Assembly (NCBI RefSeq): GCF_018350175.1
Contig: NC_058382.1
Span: 55,802,001 to 55,866,000, forward strand
Length of the DNA: 64,000 nucleotides
Source of the DNA: Felis catus
Lineage: Eukaryota
Direction: 5' to 3'
Shown: in pieces, positions 24,313 through 36,999 of the stretch
How positions within the stretch are numbered: the first letter of the stretch is position 1
How the letters are laid out: each line of letters opens with the position of its first letter
Translations under genes and position numbers: made by a program
The notes under the pieces: generated by a model
Databases searched by the model: none
Told to the model about the DNA's origin: nothing
Seen by the model: only the letters and a program-made list of their open reading frames with translations

Positions 24313-24717
24313 TAGGGGAACCTTTTAAACCATGCAGTCTTTGTGGGCAGACATTGCCTTTTAACTATTTTCAGTGCTCAGCAGAGAACATCCTGCAGAG
24401 AAGTTGTTGAATAAATGCTTGATGAAGGTGATGAACGCAGCTCGGATCACAGGGAGAAGGAGAGGAACCAGAGAGTGAAGACTCCTGATCCTAAAAGATT
24501 AGAATCTGAGAAACTTTGGAAATTTATTTCTTCATTCATTTATTTAATATTTCATATTTATTTGGCCCCTAGTCTGTGCCAGCATCTAGGCCCTGGGAAT
24601 ACAATGCCAAACAGGGTGGGTGAGGTTCCTGCCTTCATGAATCTTTTTATTTGAGAACGAGGTGATTACTAAAATAAACATATTAGACAGTTACAGGCTG
24701 CAAGAAGTGCTGTAAAG

Positions 24718-24880
24718 CAGTGCTTCTCAAACTTTTATGTCCATATGGTGACCTGGGGAACCCTGTTAAAATGCAAATTCTGATTCAGCAGGTTGGGGTG
24801 AAGTCAAGATTTTACATTTCTAACAAGTTCCCAGGTGATGACACTGCTCCTAATCTGGGGGGACCACACTTTGAGGACTG
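24718..24880 (+). mobile_element. MER5A (hAT-Charlie), inserted in an L2 remnant
   Basis: 'cagtgcttctcaaactt...acctgggga...tgttaaaatgcaaattctgattcag...catttctaacaagttcccaggtgatg...ggaccacactttgag'. Confidence 0.85.
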
Positions 24881-25743
24881 GTAAGAGTAGGCGGGTACAG
24901 ATAGAGAGTGACGAGTGAGGGGGGGGGGTGTTTTAGACATATGGTGGCCAGCAGAGGTCTCTCTGCAGAGATGCTTTGGAGCAGAGTTCTGAAGGAGCCT
25001 TTGGACACTCAGGCTGGGCCAGAAATCCTACCACAAACTCCCAGGGTGGTAGAGGTGAGTGGTGGGGCCCACTGTCGTCCTGGGAAGAGGGCCTGAGGAC
25101 AGAGAAGATCATGAGTGCTTGAGGATAGTGATGTCGAGGGGAGACGAGCTTGTTCTGGAAGTGATGTGCTCATGTGCTCTGGGCCAGTGGGAGACTGGGC
25201 CAGTGGAGGTGCTTGGAAGTCAAGCTGGGGGTAGTGTTCACCAGACAGACAAGCACAAGGAATGCAAAGCTGTATCTCAGTCAGACTCAGAGGTAGAGGA
25301 ATTCGATAAGAGTGAAATTCTCATCATACTTAAAAATATTACACACACGCACAATTGTATCCACACCATGCAATACAATAGTGAGTGAAACCAGACATTG
25401 TCCTCTCATGGCACTAGTGGGTTAGCAGTTAATGAGAAACTATTACCGTGATGTGGGTATGGCCAGGAGGAGGTTGCAGCTGGAAGAAGACTCAACTTCG
25501 GGAGGGGAACAGCCTCCAAGAGAGGGGAGCGCTGGAGGTGTCATCTGAAAACAGGGCCTGAGGTTGCCAGATTATGCAGATGGGAAGGAGTGTCCAGGCA
25601 GAAGTCCCTCAAAGAAGCAGAGACTCTGGGAGCCCTGAGGATGGGGTGGGCACCGTTCAAGATGATGCTGGTGAGGTTGGCAGGGCCCAGTCCACGCAGA
25701 GCCCCAGCGGCCCCTCAAAGGCTCTACTTATAACGCTGGTGTT

Positions 25744-25885
25744 AGGGCTGCTTGGCTGGCTAATTTGCAGAGCATGTGACTCTTGATCTTGGTGTCATGA
25801 GTTTGAGCCCCACATCGGTTATAGAGTTTATTTAAAAACATAACATAACATAACATAACATAACATAACATAACAACATAACATG
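25744..25885 (+). mobile_element. Short tRNA-like carnivore SINE (head only) with (AACAT)n tail
   Basis: 'gggctgcttggctggctaatttgcagagcatgtgactcttgatcttggtgtcatgagtttgagccccac'; TSD taacgctggtgtt (25731-25743) / taatgctggtgtt (25886-25898). Confidence 0.88.
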
Positions 25886-26519
25886 TAATGCTGGTGTTGG
25901 TATTGGGGCAGGTGTCCACTTACTGGCTGTCTCTGTTGTCCCTAGCTCTTAATGTCTACACCTGGCTGCCCTTTGGGAAATATGGCCCAACTCATTGGAC
26001 ATGCCAATCCTGGCAGCCTGGTTAGAGTGGGAACCCTGTAGGAAGCAGATTTGGCTCTGGGCCTTGATTGCTTGGGTGATGTGGAAATGATTTTCTTTGG
26101 AGGGGCTGGGGGCAGAGTCATCCACCATTAGCTGTAACCGAGGTGCACACATCTGCCTGCATCATTGTTGCTGTAGTTTGAAGGGCTGGCTGCAGGATAG
26201 GGGTGAGCCAGCCCCTCTGTGACTTCTCTACTTCTTATGCAAATAGAGCCAAATTTACTGCTGTCTTTACACAATCTCATTTTGAATGCCACAATAAGGA
26301 AGACTTTGCTACCAATGCTCACTTTACACAGAGCTGAAATTTGCTCAATAATAAGGGCATTCAACCTTCATTAAGTATGTATCATGCAGCAGGTGCAATG
26401 CAGTAAACTTTTCATCAGGAATTAGCTCCTTTCGTCTTCCGAGCAATGCCATGAAATAGGAAAAGGGGAGGACAAAGGGAGAGTCAAAATAAACACGTGT
26501 TTGGCTTCAGTCAACAACA

Positions 26520-27050
26520 AAAATTTCATTCAACAAATATATATGAGGCGCCCCTGCCATGTGCCCGGTGAAGCTGACAGCACTGGGGAGATATCGGACA
26601 AAAAGCCCTGTTGTCACTGGGCTTGCATTCTAGTTAGGAGAAAGAGGTTATAGACCAAGAAAGAAGCAAAACAGAAGCTATTTCAGATGGTGGTAAGTGC
26701 TAACAAAGGCAAAACAGGGAGAGGGAGAGTTAGGTAGGAGGGTTTGCAGTTGGCACAGACAGAGAAAGCCTCTGTGAGACTGAGGCCACTGAGCCAAAGT
26801 TGACAGTGGGTGGTGGTGAGCAAAGGCCTGAAGTGAGACCCCCACCTTGTGTCCAAGAGTATGGCTGGGTAGAGCAAGGGAGGGAGATAGGGTTGAAGTT
26901 AGAGGAGTGGGGTCGTCCTTGGAAGCCTTGGGGAGGGCAAGCCTTGGCTTTTACTCAGAGCAAGGTGAAAGGCGCTGAGGGTTGTGAGCAGAGGGGAGAT
27001 GATACTGGCAAAATTTTAAAGGCATGCTGTGGCTGCTCTATAGGATGAAC
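26520..27050 (-). mobile_element. L2 (L2a-like) fragment
   Basis: 'cattcaacaaatat...gccatgtgcccgg...gcttgcattctagtt...tcagatggtggtaagtgct...gccttggcttttactc...gagggttgtgagcagagg'. Confidence 0.75.
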
Positions 27051-27769
27051 ATCTTAAGGGAACAGGGTTGAGAATAGACATTATGGGCAACACCTAACTT
27101 CCACTTTCCTCCACCCTCTAATGTGCTCACGCTCCATCTGTCAAGATTCTCTGGAGCTCGCGAGAGAGCAAGTTCAGAAATAAAAACAGGTACCAGACCA
27201 GGATTGGTGGGGGCTCCTCCCCTCCCAGCATGGGCTCCCTTCAGGCTCCCGGTGTATACACACCTGGGGCGTGTTGATAATGCTCTTGATTATCTTTGTT
27301 CTCCCAGCCTCCTTTGAGTCTGTAGAGTTTTCTATTTGCATACTTTCCCTGAGCTTTTTATGATTATCTTCCCATCTTTACAGTTTGTGCCATTATTTAA
27401 ATGAGCGTGAGGTAGATGCAGACATGCCAGCTGGATGAGCGTGCTCTATCAGTGGGGTGAGGAAGGTCGTGTGTGGAGCCACAGGCCTGCCATTCTGTGG
27501 TACTTGTGTCCCTACACAGATCCCGGCTGCCCCCTGGGCAAGCCCTGCGGCCCCGTGACTTCCAACTCGTGGATGCATGGGAACCTTAAGGGGAACATAG
27601 AACCAATGGGCACAATGTCCACGTGACCTCCGGTTGGGAATTAATTTGTGGATGTACTGATTTTTTTTTCCATTGGCTTAAAAAAGACTCCATGAAATAG
27701 CTGGGTTTCATTCTCCTCTCTGCCTTCCAAATTTGGCCTCTCAGAGTTGTTTTGTTTGCTTTGTTTTAA

Positions 27770-28010
27770 ATGCACATAGATGATGTATTCATCAAATGCC
27801 TGGCATTGTACCAGGTACTTTGTCACTGTGTCCAGTCCTCACAACAACTCTAGAGATAGGAATTATTGTCTCTACGTATCAGAAAAAAGAAACTCAGATG
27901 CAGGGAAGTGAAGAAAACCCCATTGCCAAAATTTACAAAACAGCTAAGTGCAGGAGGTAGGGTTCAAACTCTGGTCTGGCTTATTCCCAAGTCCGTGGCC
28001 TGTTCTCTAT
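27770..28010 (-). mobile_element. MIR SINE
   Basis: 'tcctcacaacaactctagagataggaattattgtctc...cagctaagtgcaggaggtagggttcaaactctggtctg'. Confidence 0.7.
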
Positions 28011-28544
28011 CTCCTCTTTTGGCAGGGGAGGGGGAGGCAAGGTTGGTCGTGTACCGGAGGGAGCCAAGGCTGTACCCTGATTTTCCCAACTTGTGTTGGG
28101 GGGCAGGTGGCAGCCTTCTGAAGTTTCTGCAGGCAGGCAGGGACAGTGTTCTGCTAAATGAAAGAATCAGGATCACCAAGATCTCAGCGGACTGGAAAGA
28201 GAAGTTGAATCTAGCACAGTGATATTTAAATTTAGGAAATGTAAGATCTGGCCCTGGGGTGCAGTAAAATGTCAGGTGCAATCCTTGCCTTAGGAGGACC
28301 ATATTCATGTGGGCAGGAAGAAGCAAAATTAAGTCAACAAGAATAAGTAGTAATCTGTTGATGCATTCTGGGAAGGGGACATGCCTGTCTGGTGGTGAGA
28401 TGGTGTCAGACAGAGGAGGATCATTTAGCTCATCCTGGACTTCTGTTAATTGTGAAGGTCAGTGCATGGTAGTGGCTTCCAAAGCCAGGTCTTCAAGAGA
28501 AGGGATAGAGGGCAGAAGTTTGCCTAATAGTTTAAGAAGGAGTT

Positions 28545-29220
28545 ATTCATTCTTTCATTTAACGCGTATTTATTGTGCACTAAATGGCAGGTACTGTTCT
28601 AAGCACTAGTGATAGATTGTCCCCCTGGAGTTTATATTCTAATGTAAAATAGAGACAATACACAAACACTCAAAGCAAATTTACATGTGATTTTGGCAGA
28701 TAAGTACTAGGAAGTACTTAATATTACTTAAGTACTTAATATTATAAGAAGTACTTAAATATTAAATATTAAATAAGACTAGGGGATAGAAGGTGATGGG
28801 GGCTCGCTCTGTGGGCACATAATTCTTGAGCAGACACCTGAATGAAGAGATGAACAAGTGTGAGAATATATGGAGAATAATATCTTGGCAGCAAGTGCAA
28901 AGGCCCTGGGGCATAAGATGAGTTAGGGGTATTCTAGGTCTAACACAAAGACTTTGTCACCGAAGTGAAGTGAATAAGACAAAGTTGGGGGTTGAGTCTG
29001 GGGAGCAGGCACGGTGGATCCTGTGAGGCCAGTGGGCATGGGAGGAAGTTTGGATTTTTATCGGAATCGAGAGGGGGAGACATTGGAAGACTATTGAGCA
29101 GGACAGTGCCATGGTCTAACTGGAGCTTACGCTTCTGCTGTGTGGCATGCGTTCTAGGGACGAGGAGACCAATTGTCAGGAGGTAGTGGAAAGAGGGGCT
29201 TGGACTACAGGGTGAACTGA
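28545..29220 (-). mobile_element. L2 (L2a-like) fragment
   Basis: 'tattcattctttcatttaacgcgtatttattg...ggagtttatattcta...gagcagacacctgaatgaag...gcaagtgcaaaggccctgggg...gtttggattttta'. Confidence 0.8.
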
Positions 29221-30199
29221 CAGTAGCACTCCTAAACTCCCACCCTGTGTCTCACGCGCCCAGACTTCACTGGGGACACAAGCTGCTGTATTGGGGCCTT
29301 TAGGGCTCTGGGGCTGAATGTCCTTTCAAGAACAACTTTCTTGGCCAAGAGGGATTTCAGGCTCTTGGCTGTAGTGACATGTTGGTGTCAGCTCGTGTCG
29401 TGCTGATTATTTATAGCATCACTCACCTCACACATAGTTTTAGAAATAGACCCAGTCAAAACAGGTTTGTTTTTTGTCCCCTGAAGTTCAAGTATGCATG
29501 CTTTCTGCTAAGTTGCCATTGGTTTTGCTTCCCCCGCCAACCTGCCTCTATCACAGGGCTCCCCGACCCCCCAGCTCAGAATGAGGATACCTTGAGTGTG
29601 TGCAGCAGTCCCTGAAGAGTATCCTGCACGAGACTCCACATTCGTGGTGCCACGCTGCTCTGCTGCGAGCTTGGCCTCCTTGTCACACCCTTGCCTCACG
29701 ATAAGATCCTGTTTTCTTTGCTGGAAAATGGAGCTCTGCCCTGGAGCCTGCTGATGTCCCAGGGTAAGGGGCAAGGACTTCCCCTTTCTGCACAGCACAC
29801 CCTCCCCCCACAAGTTCCTGCTGATCCAGCCAGTGTTCTCCATGCAGAGGTGAGGGATGGCCCTTCCCTCCAACCCTCTGCCTCATCCTTTTCTTTCTGT
29901 CTTGTGCAGGAGCACAGCTGATTGCTGAGTCCAAGGAGGAGGTGGGCACCATGCCGTGCCTTTCTCAGTCCCCTGACTCTCCACCGGGTGCATCCATCCT
30001 TCATTCAGGAGGCTAACAGCCCTTCCTGCACGTCAGTTCATAACAAGTGATGCCTGGGGACTAACTGGAATGCCCAGCCTCTGTGTGTTATTTTCACTTA
30101 GTTTTACCCGAAACCTCCCAGCTCAGTATCTCTCTTTGGAGCCATTCATTTGGAGTTAAACTCAGACCATTCAGTATTATTGATTATGTTTTTATAAGT

Positions 30200-30325
30200 C
30201 CCTAACTAGACTACAAACACCTAGAAGGCAGGATCTGTGTCTTATCCATCTCTGTATCCCCCAGAGAGCTCAGCACGGTGACTTATTTATGGTGGGTGTT
30301 CGGTAAGTATATGCTGATTGACTGG
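30200..30325 (+). mobile_element. L2 3' end
   Basis: 'actagactacaaacacctagaaggcaggatctgtgtcttatccatctctgtatccccca'. Confidence 0.7.
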
Positions 30326-31238
30326 CTGTTACGCCAGCCCTGGTAGCTGAAGGGCTTCAGTGAGGGTCTGTGCAGGGACTGAGTATTTGTCTCTCTGCCT
30401 ATTCAGTTGTAACAATAGATCAAGGCAACACTTCAATTATCCTTCACTTTCATTCCCAAATTCTCTTCTGCGTTTGTTCTATTGAAAATGCCTGCTGACG
30501 GAGAGTGAGATGCTGCGAGAGGCGAGAGGCGGAAGGCTTTTCAGAGCCTTAGGAAAGCCGTGTAGCAGGAAGGACATATTTCAATGAAGCTATTTCCACC
30601 AAGGCTAATATTGTGCTTCAATATGTCAGGCTCTAGTGAGCTCATCAACAATGTTTGCCTTTAATTTTACCATGGGTATCCAGTCATATGTTACTTGTTG
30701 TGTTTCTGTGTAGCTCCATTTTATCAAAGGGATCTTAGTTAGGGCTTTCGTTGTCTTTGGAAAGTTGCTTTAAGATGGACGTTCATGTATATCCAGCCCA
30801 TTTAATTATCTCCTTCATCATGTTCCCTCGGTCATCTGTTAAAGGATAAATTGTTCATATACTCGTTAGAAATTAGAATTTTTGTGATTGATGGAGGAAT
30901 GAAGTTGCATATTGGGTTGGATTGTGGGGAACCGTCTGCCTGATTTCTCCCTGGGAGAACCCTTGGCTTTTCCCCCAAAGAGCACGTGGTCAAGGCCCAG
31001 GGAGCCTGTGGGGGCTGTAACTTGCAGGAGAGAACCTGCAGAGAGGATTCTGTACAACTCTGTAAAAGGCTTTCTCTGGAATGTGTTTAAGAATCACCAG
31101 GGGGATAGACTCTGGTGCCCCACCCACTCTTAATTAATTAAATAAAAATCTCTTTGTTGGGGCTTGCATTCTGGCATTGTTATAGTTTTGAAGGTGAGTC
31201 CAACGTGCAAGCCAGAAGAGAAAATTACTGACCTTGAT

Positions 31239-31452
31239 CAGTGGTTCTCAACCAAGGACGATTTTTTCCCAACAGACGTTTGGCAATGTCTGGAGGCATT
31301 TTTGATAGCTATTTTGATTGTTAAGGGTCTGCTCCTGGCATCTAGTGGGTTGAGGCCAAGAATGCTGCTAAACAGCTTATAATGCCTAGGCAGCCTCATC
31401 ACAAAGAACAATCTGGTGCAAAATGTCAACAGTGCTGAGGTTGAAGACCCCT
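31239..31452 (+). mobile_element. MER20 (hAT-Charlie)
   Basis: 'cagtggttctcaacc...tttggcaatgtctggaggcattttt...ctggcatctagtgggttgaggcca...aaaatgtcaacagtgctgaggttg'. Confidence 0.9.
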
Positions 31453-31563
31453 TCCCCAGAACATTAGAAAAGCAAATCCTTACACAGTTATTTGAATGTA
31501 GATATTTTTGTAATTACATTATCTCACATATATCTAATGCATTATGGTTCCCAAAGCAGTTTT

Positions 31564-31586
31564 TTTTTAAATGTTTATTTATTTTT

Positions 31587-31624
<38 letters not shown>

Positions 31625-31629
31625 GACAG

Positions 31630-31672
<43 letters not shown>

Positions 31673-31841
31673 CTGTGAGTGGGGGAGGGACAGTGAGAGA
31701 GAGACACACAGAATTTGAAGCAGGCTCCAAGATCTGAACTGTCAGCACAGAGCCCGCCACGGGGGCTCGAACCCACAAACTGTGAGATCATGACCTGAGC
31801 CGAAGTCGGACGCTTAACCGACTGAGTCACCCAGGCCCCCC
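31564..31841 (-). mobile_element. Feline SINE with expanded (GA)n and an internal (CA)n microsatellite
   Basis: SINE head at 31750-31841; (CA)n at about 31632-31670; TSD tcccaaagcagtttt/tcccacagcagtttt. Confidence 0.95.
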
Positions 31842-34048
31842 TCCCACAGCAGTTTTACACACTGAATTTTATCTTCGCCAGGACCCTACAAGGGAAATGT
31901 TATGGCCATCTTGATTTTACAAATCAGGAGACCGAGGCTGGGCACAGCAGATGACTTCCCCAAGACCACAAGGTCTTCCAATTCCTCAGTTATGTCTCTT
32001 TTCGCTAGTGGAAATGTCAAATGTGTGCACAGACATCTTCCTTGCCCCATGCCCTACTCAAGGCAAATATTGTAACTAGCCAGTCATTATTCCCACTGAA
32101 CCCAAGTGCAGTCTCAGACTCAGAATCCTTTTCAACACAGCATTCCAAGAAGCCCCTAGTGATCTGGGTTGGCATGGAAGCTTGTTTGTCACATAGTCTC
32201 TCCAACCCAAACACCATGCCTCTCCCTGAATTAGACGGTCTTGTTGAATGAGACATGAAGGAGAGTACTTGAGAATAGGAGCATCCTTGAATGTCTGCAG
32301 GTGTTCAGACAATCTGTTTGGGAAGTTGCAATGTTAGCAACGTGTACTCCTGCCTGAGCCTATGAAGAAGCGACAGTCTCCCTAACCCTTAGATTTCTTT
32401 ATAACTTTATTAGCCTGCTTGGCTCTCACCATATGCCACTAATTATTATACAAAGGAAGTGTGCACAGTTGTATTCTATTTGGTACAAACTAAATATTTT
32501 GCCTTCTTCTTGAGTTTGCTAGGATCTCCCTCTTAAGCCTGAAACATGAGCTAATTATGAGAACGTGTTGAATGATGATTCACAAAGCAGGCAGGACAGG
32601 AGTTGGTGTACACTCAGTTTGCAGAATGAGGAAGCTAGCCCCAGCAGCCCCTGCTTCGACTCCAGATATAACGAACTGCAGCATGCACAATTAAATGGTC
32701 AAAGCGGATGGGAGAGCTGTGGTGTGAGGGATGCAAGCAGGGAGAGAAAAGCAGGCACGAGTAGAGACTAACTTCTCCATCTCCCAGGGAGGCAGTTGAT
32801 GGAGAAGAGGCAGGCAGCTCAGTGCACCATGTGGCCCTATTGCTGGGAAACAGAAGCGCAAAGCAGGGCACTGAACGGCTGCTTATTGAGGCGTGTGCCA
32901 CCAGCTTCAAAGAGTTGGATGAGTCTTTTCAGAATGACCCAGGTTCTGGGTCACCCACAGGTGTCTGTGGCTTCAGTCTCCAGCATCAAATATGGAGACC
33001 TCATCTTATAATTCAGGTGCGGAGGTGGGTTGAACCTGACTGGTGTCATTTTGTGTCTTTGGCTCTTGCCACGAGGCTTCCTGGTACACAGGTCTGAAGG
33101 CACTCCAGTGTGAGGCTGTACAGATGTTGTGCCGCTGTCTGCTTCCATCACGGGAAGGGCAGGGAGTCAGGGCGTTGTCTCCTCTTGCGTATGCTGCAGC
33201 CACGGTGCAGAGGCAGTGTTCAGGCGACTCTCGGTAACAGGACAACACACAGCTTCCCCATCTTTCACCAGGAACGTGGCAACGGACTTCCCACGAATGG
33301 TACCTGCTGCTGCCCTAGAGTTCTGGTGCCCACCCTGGCTGCTCCTCGGAGCCATGTAGGGAGTGGACTCCACAGATGTTTCTGTCTTCTTCTGCGGGGC
33401 TGGAGTCTCCCAGGGTCAAGGACTTCCATCTGTGTTGTTTACAGCTTCATCTGCAGAGTCTCCATCAGTGCCTGGCACTCCACATATGACCTATCAGCTA
33501 CCACGTGTCAGACCTTGCCATGACTTTTCAAAGACATCTCCTACTGTCATGGTTGAGGAGCCCCTCTACGGTGTTGTTGTTCTTACTTCTATGGATGAGG
33601 AAATGGAGGCTGAGAGATAATCTGCAGAATGTTATACATCTAGTAACTTTCAGAGCTGAGACGTGTGTACCCAGTCAAACTCCCCGAAAATCGTAATCTC
33701 TCTGGACTCTGGTGAGTGTGAATGAGCTCGTACCTTTCTCCATTACAGTAGACCAGTCATTTTAATTTTAGGAAGCTGAATGGTTAAGAAAATGCAAGAA
33801 TCCCCATGATTTGGCATTCTTGAAAACAGCATTTCTGAAACTATGTTCTTGCACCAGGCAACATCTGGGTTGTTAAAAGGCATTCCAACAGATATCTAAA
33901 AAATATAGGATTTTAAGCAACAAAGAATTGGGGGATTACTGTCTTTTGACACCTTCTTTGGTGGGATCACAATTTCGTATTAGCATAATAAAGGCTCTGA
34001 GCAATACTGCATCGAAGAAGTTTCTGTTTAAATTTAACCTTCTGGTTA

Positions 34049-34251
34049 TTTTTTTTTAAGTTTATTTATCTATTTTTTGAGAAAGAGATAAAGCAGGAGT
34101 GGGGAAGGGGCAGAGAGAGAGGAGAGAGAGAATCCCAGGCAGGCTCTGCACTGACAGTGAGGAGAACCATGGGGGGCTGGAGGCCACAAACTTTGGGGTC
34201 ATGACCTGAGCCAAGGTCAGATGCTCAATTGACTGAGCCACCCAGGAACCC
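34049..34251 (-). mobile_element. Older carnivore SINE
   Basis: Reverse of 'gggttcctgggtggctcagtcaattgagcatctgaccttggctcaggtcatga'; flanked by gaagaa(g/c)tttctgtttaa. Confidence 0.88.
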
Positions 34252-35342
34252 TGAAGAACTTTCTGTTTAATGCAGAATTTGCAAAATCTGTGCCTTCAGA
34301 ATGTCTCCTTTTTTTCTCCAGTAGCACCAAGACCCTGGTGCCCCATTTATGACAATATTGTGATCTGGAGATGGTCTGGCATGTACTATGGTATCAGTCT
34401 AGTAAAAATAGAAAGCTCAACAAAATGCAGATCGACTCATGTTAGCAAGCAGATGTTCCAGTGGCAAATCTGACCTTGATTGATAAGTTGGAATTGGTTC
34501 AACACCCTTAGAAACAAGACTAAAAAAACTGAGAGATTGAACTAATATAGAATTTTCACTGAAGACATGAAGAGTGTTGAGAATCTCAATTCATTTCAAG
34601 CTAACTAATATTAGCTTCTATTCCACAGAAAGAATCATTCATTCCACAGTGATTTTTTTGAGCCCTGTTAGATGCCAGGCTCTTGGAGCACTCAAAAGAC
34701 AAGATTAAATGAGATAGGCATGATACTGATGATCACAGGGGCGACAGGTTAGGGTCTTTCCCCTCAGGTGGTTCTGGGGGATAGTGAGGAAACAGCTACT
34801 ATTCTGTCCCTACTCATATCCAGTTCACATGTCTATCTTTCCTTCAACCAGTCCTGCATTAATCTATCCATTCATTGATTTATTCAAGAAATCTTCACTG
34901 AGCACCTATGGCATACAGGCACTGTAGGCATAACAGTGAATGATACAGATAAAAATTTATTCCCTAGAGCAGCTCTCCCCGAGTGGAGCTTTTATTCTGA
35001 TTATTCTAGGTTTATTTAAAGGAGTGCCATAACTTTCAGATCACCTTTCTAAACGGAAAGCCAGGACTCTGTAATTTGTTCAGGATCTTCAATCTCGTCT
35101 ACTGATCTAAACCTTCCCTGTGTGTGACATCCCATTGTGTCCCTGGGCCCTACTGATTCCCTTTACATTATTTGCACTGCGTATTTGCACTGCATTTCTT
35201 GGCCTTTCAGGGTTAACCCCACCTTCCCACTCCTGGATGATTCATTTTTTCCCGTCCTGCAACCTTTACAGAGATGTTCTAGACACCAAGCTCCAGGGAC
35301 TGTGCAGGGCTCCAATGATAGGCAGGACAGGGTCTTGGCTCT

Positions 35343-36031
35343 TGTATTAGTCAGAGTTGTCTATAGAAACAGAATCAAAAGGATACATATGTGCCTCCAC
35401 AAAGAGATTTATTATAAAGGATTGGATTTCACAGTTGTGGAGGCGGAGAAGTCCCAGAGCCGGCCATCTGAAAGCAGGGGGTATAGTTCCAGTTGAAATC
35501 CAAAGGCCTGAGGCCCACAGGAGCCATTGTCTGAAGGCAGGGGAAGGTGGATGTTCTGGCTCAAGAGGAGAGAGCGAATCTGTCATTCCTCTGACTTTTT
35601 GTTCTGTTTGGCCCCTCAGTAGATTGGATGGTGCCCCCTGCAGTGGTGAGGGCGGATCTTTTTCACTCAGTGTTGCTGATTCAAATGCCAATCTCTTCTG
35701 GAAACACCCCTACAGACATATCCAGAAATCATGTTTTACCACCGTCCCTTAGCCCAGTGGACACACAAATTTAACCATCCCAGTTCTTTTTTTTTTTTTT
35801 TTTAATTTTTTTTTTTTTTAACGTTTATTTATTTTTGGGACAGAGAGAGACAGAGCATGAACGGGGGAGGGGCAGAGAGAGAGGGAGACACAGAATCGGA
35901 AACAGGCTCCAGGCTCCGAGCCATCAGCCCAGAGCCCGACGCGGGGCTCGAACTCACGGACCGTGAGATCGTGACCTGGCTGAAGTCGGATGCTTAACCG
36001 ACTGCGCCACCCAGGCGCCCCAACCATCACA
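35343..36031 (-). mobile_element. MLT2 (ERVL) solo LTR, with a SINE inserted at its terminus
   Basis: Starts 'tgtattagtcagagtt', contains 'gagatttattataaagga', 'gattcaaatgccaatctcttctggaaacaccc', ends 'aaccatcaca'; 5-bp TSD gctct/gttct. Confidence 0.85.
35788..36021 (-). mobile_element. Young feline SINE (SINEC_Fc)
   Basis: Near-identical to the 24060 copy; long poly-A tail; TSD aaccatcccagttct/aaccatcacagttct. Confidence 0.97.
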
Positions 36032-36999
36032 GTTCTCAGGGAGCATAGAGTGTTGAGGGAGAGACACACGTATGATACAGGGAACTGGGTGATGAAAATC
36101 AGCACAGGGAGCGAGCACAGCAGCAGTCTGGGCTTCCCAGAGGTGCTCACACCTTCTCTGAACTTGAAGGATGGGTTGGCTGTGGTATGAAAGGACAGGA
36201 GGGCAGCTTGAGAGGGAAGAGGATGACTTGCAGGTTGAAGGAGCTGAATGAGCCAACACTGAAGGAGAAGGTGGGAGTGGACAAGGAGGCAGGGGTGAGT
36301 GCAGGGCTCACCCCCTTTCGGTCTCTCAGTATGTGTTGGCTGCTGCTTTCTCCCCAGCACTGAGCTCAACTCCAGGATGAAGCTGGTGACTAGAACGGCT
36401 GGGTTGCTCACAGTCAGATGAAGGGGCAGGCAACAAACAAGGGACAGATCTAACCCTTGTGCTCTGAAACACAAGAACGTGATTTATGGCAGAGGAAAGC
36501 AGGCAGCTGGCACACTACAGGTGACCTTAGAGCTGAGATCTGAAGATTGAGAAAGAGCTGAGGAAGAGAGTGGTGGGGGTTGGGGGAAGGTGGTCCAGGC
36601 ACAGGGAACAGTAGGTGTGAGGGCGCTGAGCGGCGATGGACCGAAGTGACTGTTTAAGGAGCTGGGAGAAGTGGGTTTGTGCTGAGAGTGTGGTGAGCAA
36701 AGAGGAGAGGGCAGGGGGGCCAGGTCGTGTTGTGCACTGGTGCCTTCGTGAGGAGTCTGGACGTGGTCATGAAGGAGAAGGAATGGTGCTGGAGGGATCC
36801 AATCATATGTGCATTTCAGAAGATAGTAATAACAGTAATAACAGTCGTAGTAGCAGGGTAGGTGATATTAAAAGAATTACTGACAATTGCTTTGGGTGTG
36901 AAAATGGCAAGGTAATTAAACAAATAGTCCTTGTCAGCTAGAGGTTCATAGCCAAACTATTTTTGGGTGAAATTATACAGAGTTTGATTTAATACGGTC

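Noticed and set aside
25744..25830. tRNA gene
   Set aside because: A and B boxes are degenerate, and it has a tail and TSD of a retroposed SINE
32560..33620. Cluster of overlapping ORFs on both strands
   Set aside because: Expected from locally higher GC and fewer stop codons; no recognisable protein and not a CpG island
35818..36474. Longest ORF (218 aa, minus strand)
   Set aside because: Its C-terminal part is a translated SINEC_Fc and the rest resembles no protein I recognise
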